Of a DNA stretch of 42,260 nt, positions 36,553 to 42,260 are shown in pieces. Numbering within the stretch: the first letter of the stretch is position 1; every line of letters begins with the position of its first letter. Source of the DNA: a virus (Duplodnaviria > Caudoviricetes); the IMG/VR virus record IMGVR_UViG_3300044611_001249, positions 1-42,260 of that record; one strand, given 5' to 3'. The translations under genes and the position numbers were made by a program. The notes beneath the pieces were generated by a model. It searched no databases. It had not been told where the DNA came from and saw nothing but the letters and a program-made list of their open reading frames with translations.

Positions 36553-36752
36553 TCGATCGAGATCCACGTTGCGCAGGTACGGAGCAGCTGATCGTAGTCC
36601 CCGCTCGTTGCTTCTTTGTAAAACCGATCGATCTCTGCCTCCGGCACTTTCGCCTTACGCAGAGCACGCTTGACCGCGCCGAGGATAGAGAATGCGTTAC
36701 CATCCTCACCTATCAGCTTTACGCTGATATCAGGGTATTTGATTTCTGACAT
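36549..36752 (-). CDS. Conserved small early phage protein
   Basis: GGAGGT RBS; LIGEDGNAFSILG...SGDYDQLL pattern. Confidence 0.75.
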   Translation of the reverse strand: MSEIKYPDISVKLIGEDGNAFSILGAVKRALRKAKVPEAEIDRFYKEATSGDYDQLLRTCATWISIE

Positions 36753-36764
36753 GTTGACCTCCAT

Positions 36765-37013
36765 TTAGAAACCGTTGTCCGGTCGACCCATGTAACGCTG
36801 ATAGAGCTGTGCGGTCAGCATCCCACCGTTCGCTTCGACCACGTGTGGGTCGTCCGTGCTGATGTGCGCATCGTCGAATGCGTCAAAATAGTTCAACGCC
36901 ATCTGCTGCGCACTCTCCAGGGATTCAGTAACCCCCAGCACATGCCACGACGGATCATCATCTACACCGTCGACCACTGCTACATAAACATACACCAACT
37001 CTTTATCTGGCAT
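36765..37013 (-). CDS. Acidic hypothetical early protein
   Basis: GGAGGT RBS; 82 aa, Asp-rich. Confidence 0.6.
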   Translation of the reverse strand: MPDKELVYVYVAVVDGVDDDPSWHVLGVTESLESAQQMALNYFDAFDDAHISTDDPHVVEANGGMLTAQLYQRYMGRPDNGF

Positions 37014-37097
37014 ATTGACCTCCATTTAGTAAGCTACAATATGGACCATCTTTGGGATGATCCATACCCGTAGAACCAAACATCCGTGGAAACAAGC

Positions 37098-37121
37098 GGA
37101 CCAGCCCCGAAGGACTGGTCC
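37098..37121 (-). terminator. C(UUCG)G stem-loop after the first early gene (terminator or stability hairpin)
   Basis: Minus strand GGACCAGTCC-TTCG-GGGCTGGTCC followed by GCTTGTTT. Confidence 0.6.
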
Positions 37122-37130
37122 TACCTGCCA

Positions 37131-37514
37131 TTATTCTGCCACCACCTCGACGAGGCCCTCGCTGATCATGCGAGCCTTGTAGAAGGCAATGATCCGCTCG
37201 ACAGGCTGGTTGGTCTTGAACCCGTCGAACACGGCAAGCCTCTCAGCCCACGTCTTCATGTCGACCTTGTCCATGCCATCAGCTGCGAGGACAGCTTGCT
37301 GCATTTGCAGCGGCGTTTTGGCACCAAAGGTGGTGCTGACCACACGCCAGTGCTTGAACTGACGCTTGCTCGGTGCCTTGGCGAACAGAGCTTTGACCTC
37401 TGCCACGGTGGCGTCACTCAGTTCCACGCCCACAATTGCTGACAGGCGGGCATTCAGGGATTCATTGATGTTGATGGTCTCAACAGGTGCAGCGGTGTTT
37501 TTGGCTTTGGCCAT
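37131..37514 (-). CDS. Small winged-helix-like protein (paralog 2), first gene of the early arm
   Basis: MAKAK start with AAGGAG RBS; FKTNQPVERIIAFYKARMISEGLV. Confidence 0.7.
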   Translation of the reverse strand: MAKAKNTAAPVETININESLNARLSAIVGVELSDATVAEVKALFAKAPSKRQFKHWRVVSTTFGAKTPLQMQQAVLAADGMDKVDMKTWAERLAVFDGFKTNQPVERIIAFYKARMISEGLVEVVAE

Positions 37515-37557
37515 GATGGATCTCCTTACGAACCCGGTCAATCTCGACCGTGATTCT

Positions 37558-37586
37558 ATTATAGTACATGTGAGGGCAAATGTACA
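37558..37586 (-). promoter_or_regulatory. Early sigma70-type promoter
   Basis: Minus strand TGTACA, 17-bp spacer, TATAAT, with upstream A-tracts resembling an UP element. Confidence 0.75.
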
Positions 37587-37628
37587 ACATTTTTTAATCT
37601 TTTTTGCATATATGATGCATGTAGTAGT

Positions 37629-37643
37629 TGATAATCATTATCA
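37629..37643. promoter_or_regulatory. Fur-box-like site 1
   Basis: TGATAATCATTATCA, a perfect 7-1-7 inverted repeat. Confidence 0.6.
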
Positions 37644-37742
37644 TCTGTGCGTGTATTAGAGTTCTCGTATATTCGGCTTTCCATATATTATCAACCGCTA
37701 ATGCAACAAGAACCTTGTCATGTGAAGCCCAATACCCTGTAT

Positions 37743-37757
37743 CGATAATCATTATCA
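37743..37757. promoter_or_regulatory. Fur-box-like site 2
   Basis: CGATAATCATTATCA, 14/15 identical to site 1. Confidence 0.55.
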
Positions 37758-38066
37758 TTGGCGCTTGGATCCCACTTGATGGTGCTGTGTTTCACGATGT
37801 GGCATGCGAGGTCCATCTCACGATGTGGCATGTGCCACCACCATGTGAAGCGGCCCTCCGCTTCCCGGCCCCCGGTCCTCCCACTTTGACTCCCCTCTCG
37901 AATTGCTCTTTCCACGCCCCGGGGTATAAACCGCTTATAGTACCGAGTATGGAGCCAACCCAGTGGACCTGTCGGGAATCCTAGTAGCTTGAATAAAGAT
38001 TCTAACCCTACTGATATAGCGTATCAAAGGGATTATCGCCAACTGAGTATCGATTTCAACAGAGCA

Positions 38067-38284
38067 GTTATTGGAGTTATTGGACTGTTATTGGGGTTGA
38101 TATCTAAAAAAAACTCTTTATAATCAATAACTTAGGTTAGGGTTATTGGACGTATTATATATAGAGATCAAATTGAAATTTTTTTTATTCAATTACCAAG
38201 GTCCAATAGTCCAATAGTCCAATAACCGCTATCAAAAAGGATAATAAAATCAAAGACTTAGGGTGTTATTGGACGTTTATTGGA
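38067..38284. repeat. AT-rich TATTGG(AC) repeat array (origin or packaging/terminus signal)
   Basis: Six forward copies (38067, 38076, 38087, 38142, 38265, 38277) and three inverted GTCCAATA copies (38201, 38209, 38217). Confidence 0.75.
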
Positions 38285-38422
38285 TGTGAAATTATCGTTT
38301 ACCCTAACACCAGATTTCAAGGGATTCGTATAAACCTCGCGGAATCATATTGATTTTGCATTAAAGCACCTTTGTAGCCTATATAAGGGGGACAAAACCT
38401 TGTAAGATTGTATATTATCCCG

Positions 38423-38451
38423 TTTACATTAAGGGAGAGTCGAGGTACTAT
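38423..38451 (+). promoter_or_regulatory. Sigma70-type promoter for the terminase/portal operon
   Basis: TTTACA, 17-bp spacer, TACTAT. Confidence 0.6.
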
Positions 38452-38458
38452 GATACCT

Positions 38459-38905
38459 ATGTCACGGATCAATCCCCTTGGAGCGCACTCGCCGCTCATT
38501 AACCACGACATCCTCCGAACGCTGGAAGAGGAGGGGGCAGACCCTATTCGCTTGCTGGCTCAAGCGGTCAATGGTGATCTAACCGCGGACCCAGTACTGA
38601 GAATCGCTGCGGCTAAAGAGTTGGCCCAGTACATTCATCCGAAGAAAAAGGCTTTGGATCTGAGAGCCTCTGGAAAGCTGGCCGTCACCTACAATGTGGT
38701 GAACTTCAGCGAGGTGATGCCGGACCAAGCAAAACAACTCGCGGAGCAAACGCAGGCACTACTGGACAACCGTCCGAGAACCAAGGCGGAAGTGCGGCAG
38801 GCCGTCAGGGCCACCCCTGTGAACTCAGCCGTTCTTATCGAGGCGATGCGTAGTGACGTGGAGCGCCTGGTAGTGGACGAAACAGGGATAGCCTCTGATG
38901 AATGA
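38459..38905 (+). CDS. terS: Terminase small subunit (putative)
   Basis: Directly upstream of and overlapping TerL; DP...LA...RIAAAKELAQYIHPK helical motif; start could be 38450 or 38459. Confidence 0.6.
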   Translation: MSRINPLGAHSPLINHDILRTLEEEGADPIRLLAQAVNGDLTADPVLRIAAAKELAQYIHPKKKALDLRASGKLAVTYNVVNFSEVMPDQAKQLAEQTQALLDNRPRTKAEVRQAVRATPVNSAVLIEAMRSDVERLVVDETGIASDE

Positions 38906-40220
38906 CCTGGTCCCACAGGATGTTGATCTCGTAACGGTCCCCGTGAATTGGAGACCGCGCCCCTATCAGATGGACCTTTGGTCATTCATGGAGAACGGGG
39001 GTAAGCGAGCCGTGGCCGTCTGGCATCGACGCGCTGGCAAGGACTCGACGGCTCTGAACTGGACTGTGGTATCCGCGTTCAAGCGTCCTGGGATCTACTG
39101 GCATCTATTGCCTACGTACAACCAGGGGCGCAAGATCGTTTGGGATGGCCGAACCAAGGAAGGTGTAGCATTTCGGGACGCGTGGCCGAAGCAGGCTATC
39201 AAGTCAGAGAACAACACTGAGATGAAGTTGGAGCTCGAGAATGGGTCCATCTGGCAAGTGGTGGGTACTGACAATGTGGATCGCCTGGTCGGCGCAAATC
39301 CTGTTGGATGCGTTTTTTCCGAATATTCCCTTCAGGATCCTCGCGCATGGGATTATGTACGCCCAATTCTAGCGGAGAACGGTGGATGGGCCATGTTCAT
39401 CTACACTCCGCGGGGGCGCAACCACGGTTATGAAATCGCGGAGATGGCGAAGAGGAACCCCAAGTGGTTCTCGCAGACCCTTTCAGTCGAAGATACCAAG
39501 GTCCTATCTGATGAGGTGATTCAGGAGGAACGGGATGCTGGTATGCCTGAAGAGATGGTCCAGCAGGAGTACTTCTGTTCGTTTGACTCTGGCCTTGTGG
39601 GTTCGTACTACGGTACTCAGATGGCACGAGCTTTGGAAGAGGGTCGTATCACCGCGGTCCCTTACGAGCCGCGACTCGATGTGGTTACAGTGTGGGACCT
39701 CGGTGTTGGGGACTCCACGGCAATTTGGTTCTACCAAATACACGGATTTGAGATTCGCGTTATCGATTACTACGAGAACAGTGGCGAAGGACTCCCGCAC
39801 TATATACAAGTTCTCCGCGACAAAGACTACCTGTACGGCACCCACTACGCCCCTCATGACATCGAGGTCAGGGACTTCACTACAGGCAAATCGCGGAAAG
39901 ACACGGCCGCAGGCCTGGGCATCAAGTTCCGCGTTGTCCCGAAATTGCCAATAGAGGATGGTATTGACGCCGTCCGCAACCTGATTCGCAAGTGTTACTT
40001 CGATGAGCAGCGGTGTGTCCGCGGTATCGAAGCCTTGCGCCAGTATAAAAAGTCTTGGAACGACAAGATGCGCTGTTACAATAACCAGCCGGATCACGAC
40101 TGGACTTCCCACGCTGCAGACGCCTTCCGATATCTCGCGATTTCCCTGAGGGAGAAGAAGGTTGATACAAGTCGCCTACCACGTGTGGCTGACTCCAGCT
40201 ACGATATATTTGGAGGATAA
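38898..40220 (+). CDS. terL: Terminase large subunit
   Basis: PRPYQ, WHRRAGKD, FSEY, TPRG, WDLG..D and SHAADAFRY motifs. Confidence 0.93.
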   Translation: MNDLVPQDVDLVTVPVNWRPRPYQMDLWSFMENGGKRAVAVWHRRAGKDSTALNWTVVSAFKRPGIYWHLLPTYNQGRKIVWDGRTKEGVAFRDAWPKQAIKSENNTEMKLELENGSIWQVVGTDNVDRLVGANPVGCVFSEYSLQDPRAWDYVRPILAENGGWAMFIYTPRGRNHGYEIAEMAKRNPKWFSQTLSVEDTKVLSDEVIQEERDAGMPEEMVQQEYFCSFDSGLVGSYYGTQMARALEEGRITAVPYEPRLDVVTVWDLGVGDSTAIWFYQIHGFEIRVIDYYENSGEGLPHYIQVLRDKDYLYGTHYAPHDIEVRDFTTGKSRKDTAAGLGIKFRVVPKLPIEDGIDAVRNLIRKCYFDEQRCVRGIEALRQYKKSWNDKMRCYNNQPDHDWTSHAADAFRYLAISLREKKVDTSRLPRVADSSYDIFGG

Positions 40221-40221
40221 C

Positions 40222-40434
40222 ATGGCATCACTATTCGGAGGGGGTAAGACCCCGAAGGCAGAACCTTATGTACCGCCACCGGATCCGGAGATCGCGAAGA
40301 AGGCTATCGCGGAGGCTACCGAGCGGGAACGTGCAGCACAACGCGCAAAGTCTGGACGCGCGGCATCCATGTCTAACGAAGGTATCGGAGACCCTTTGGT
40401 CGCTGAAACCGCGAAAACAATTTTAGGAGGTTGA
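40222..40434 (+). CDS. Small virion protein (T7 gp7.3-like position)
   Basis: GGAGG RBS; FGGGKTPK..PPP; ends KTILGG. Confidence 0.6.
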   Translation: MASLFGGGKTPKAEPYVPPPDPEIAKKAIAEATERERAAQRAKSGRAASMSNEGIGDPLVAETAKTILGG

Positions 40435-40435
40435 T

Positions 40436-40657
40436 ATGTCTAAAGCAATCAAGGGACCGAAGAAATCAGGGCCTGATCCGGCTATCGCAGCGCAGGCCGC
40501 AGCTAATGCAAAGGCCGCCGCTGCGAAGAAACTCGCCGATGAGCAGCAGGCTGAAGCTCTTCGCAAGGCGAAAGCCAGTCAAGGGCGTTCTTCGCTGGGT
40601 AATCCTGGTGGCGACGATACCGCGGCTAGAGTTGGTAAGACGACCCTAGGGGCCTAA
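40436..40657 (+). CDS. Small virion protein (T7 gp7.3-like position)
   Basis: AGGAGG RBS; Ala/Lys-rich; ends KTTLGA. Confidence 0.6.
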   Translation: MSKAIKGPKKSGPDPAIAAQAAANAKAAAAKKLADEQQAEALRKAKASQGRSSLGNPGGDDTAARVGKTTLGA

Positions 40658-40658
40658 C

Positions 40659-42260
40659 ATGTCTGAAAATCAAGCCATAGTCCTGGAGCGTCGGTTCGAA
40701 GAGCTCAGTCAGGTAAAGGGCACTTGGAACGCTTCGTGGCAGAACGTGGTTGATTACGTCCTGCCCAAGCGGCAAGCCTTTACGGGGCCGCGTTCTGATG
40801 GGCAGACCGTTACAGACAAGATCTTCGATTCAACGGCCCCCTGGGCCCTGGATCAACTGGCCGCGGGTCTTCACTCGTACCTCACCAGTCCGACGCAACG
40901 GTGGTTCCGTCTTCGTCTGACGGACTACGCTGAGGAGGAGATGGAAGAGGATGAGGAGATCGAACGTTGGTTGGAGATTGTTACCAACACGATGTACGGG
41001 ATCTTCAACTCCCAGAAGACGAACTTCGCTCCGCAAGCTCATGAGCTCTACCAAGATCTCGGGGGTTTCGGCACTGGTGTCTTCTATGTGGAAGAAGATT
41101 ATGCGCAGGCTCCCGTGCGATTTAGCACCTTCCACCTCGCGGAGTGCGTGTTCGAAGAGAACGCCTATGGGGTGGTTGATACCCTCTACCGCAAGTTCAA
41201 GATGTCTCACAGACAAGCCTATCAGCGGTTTGGGGATAGGCTTCCGTCTAAGTATATCGAACTCGCCGAGAAGAAACCTGCGGACAAGGCCGAGATTCTC
41301 CACGTAGTAAAGCCGCGCGAGGAATGGGACCCCCGAGGTATGAGCGCGAAGAATATGCCCTTCGCTTCGTGGTGGGTCCTGTGTGAGGCCAAACTGGTGG
41401 TGCAGGAGAGCGGCTTCCGTGAGTTCCCGTTCATGGTACCTCGTTGGTCGAAACTGACTGGCGAGACCTATGGTCGTGGGCCTGCTATGCTTGCCATGCC
41501 CGACATCAAGATGGTTAACGCCATGGCGAAGACCGTTCTGGTCGCTGCTCAGAAGGTTGTTGACCCACCCCTGATGCTTCCGGATGAGGGGTTCCTTCTA
41601 CCTATTCGCACAAGCCCGGGCGGACTGAACTTCTACAATTCCACCCTTGGACCCGATCAGCGGATCTTCCCGCTGGAAACTAAGGGCCGTGTGGATATTG
41701 GTCAGCAGCTCATCGACTCCCGCCGCCAGCACATCACCCGGTCGTTCTACCTCGATTGGATGCAGCTGAACGAAGGCCCGCAGATGACGGCGACTGAGGT
41801 GGTTCAACGAACTGAAGAGCGTATGCGCCTCATGGCTCCGGCTATCTCGCGCCTGCAGTCTGAGTTCTTGGATCCACTGATCGAGCGCGTGTACGCCATC
41901 TGCCTTCGCAAGCAGCTTTTCCCGCCTGCTCCCCAGTCGATTCAAGGTCAAGACCTTAGGGTGGAGTACGTTTCTCCTGTCGCCAAAGCACAGAGGATGA
42001 CGCAAGTGGTCGGGTTCCAAAGACTCCTTGAGTCCCTTGGTCAAATTGCCCAAGCGAAACCTGAGGTATTCGATCGAATCGACGCGGATGGAACGGTGGA
42101 CTTCTTGGCTGATGCCTATGATGTCAGCTACCAGACTCTGACGCCGATGGAGCAGGTAAAACAGATCCGTGATGATCGTGCATCTAAGCAAGATCAAGCG
42201 GGCGAAAGCGAGGGTATGAACCAGGATTCTGGTACAGCCCTCAATATGGCCAAGGCTTTA
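40659..42260 (+). CDS. Portal (head-tail connector) protein, running off the window end
   Basis: ATG 40659 reads MSENQAIVLERRFEELSQVKGTW...KIFDSTAPWALDQLAAGLHSYLTSPTQRWF...PRWSKLTGETYGRGP...MTATEV; absent from the ORF track because its stop lies at 304. Confidence 0.92.
   Translation, partial: MSENQAIVLERRFEELSQVKGTWNASWQNVVDYVLPKRQAFTGPRSDGQTVTDKIFDSTAPWALDQLAAGLHSYLTSPTQRWFRLRLTDYAEEEMEEDEEIERWLEIVTNTMYGIFNSQKTNFAPQAHELYQDLGGFGTGVFYVEEDYAQAPVRFSTFHLAECVFEENAYGVVDTLYRKFKMSHRQAYQRFGDRLPSKYIELAEKKPADKAEILHVVKPREEWDPRGMSAKNMPFASWWVLCEAKLVVQESGFREFPFMVPRWSKLTGETYGRGPAMLAMPDIKMVNAMAKTVLVAAQKVVDPPLMLPDEGFLLPIRTSPGGLNFYNSTLGPDQRIFPLETKGRVDIGQQLIDSRRQHITRSFYLDWMQLNEGPQMTATEVVQRTEERMRLMAPAISRLQSEFLDPLIERVYAICLRKQLFPPAPQSIQGQDLRVEYVSPVAKAQRMTQVVGFQRLLESLGQIAQAKPEVFDRIDADGTVDFLADAYDVSYQTLTPMEQVKQIRDDRASKQDQAGESEGMNQDSGTALNMAKAL
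42020..42260. repeat. Terminal overlap copy 2
   Basis: Repeat of 1-241. Confidence 0.95.

Noticed and set aside
37628-37984. Short ORFs (118 aa on +, 65 aa on -) in the control region
   Set aside because: No convincing RBS, atypical composition, and they overlap regulatory repeats.
38067-38284. Possible CRISPR array
   Set aside because: Units are only 8-12 bp, irregularly spaced, in both orientations, with no unique spacers and no cas genes.
40830-42197. Several ORF-track calls in the last 1.5 kb
   Set aside because: They are alternative frames of the portal gene, which the track missed because its stop lies across the join.

Overview
The window is an apparently complete, circularly permuted ~42.0 kb dsDNA podovirus genome. 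Bases 1-241 repeat bases 42020-42260 inside the portal gene, giving a unit length of ~42,019 bp. No integrase, repressor or RNA polymerase gene is recognisable, and sigma70-like promoters drive both arms. The + strand carries terminase, portal, scaffold, major capsid and decoration proteins, tail tubular proteins A/B, a GNAT, four ejection proteins, a split tail fibre ending in a T-even gp38-like polyglycine adhesin, a lysis cassette and a second small structural module. The - strand carries early genes (three paralogous winged-helix-like proteins, DUF932), a nucleotide-modification cluster, DNA polymerase A, a LysR-HTH-only protein, a nuclease, SSB, primase and two helicases. Two candidates stand out as undescribed systems. 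(1) An ejection protein (9039-12590) carries tandem Nudix, HipA/PI-kinase-like and R-S-E ADP-ribosyltransferase domains. (2) A cytosine-type thymidylate-synthase homologue sits with a MazG-like pyrophosphatase, a kinase-UDG-like fusion, dCMP deaminase and a small-molecule SAM methyltransferase, with no glycosyltransferase, suggesting an unusual modified cytosine. The control region also holds two Fur-box-like sites and an iteron-like array, and the capsid mRNA has a structured leader. All family assignments come from motif recognition by eye; no searches were run.
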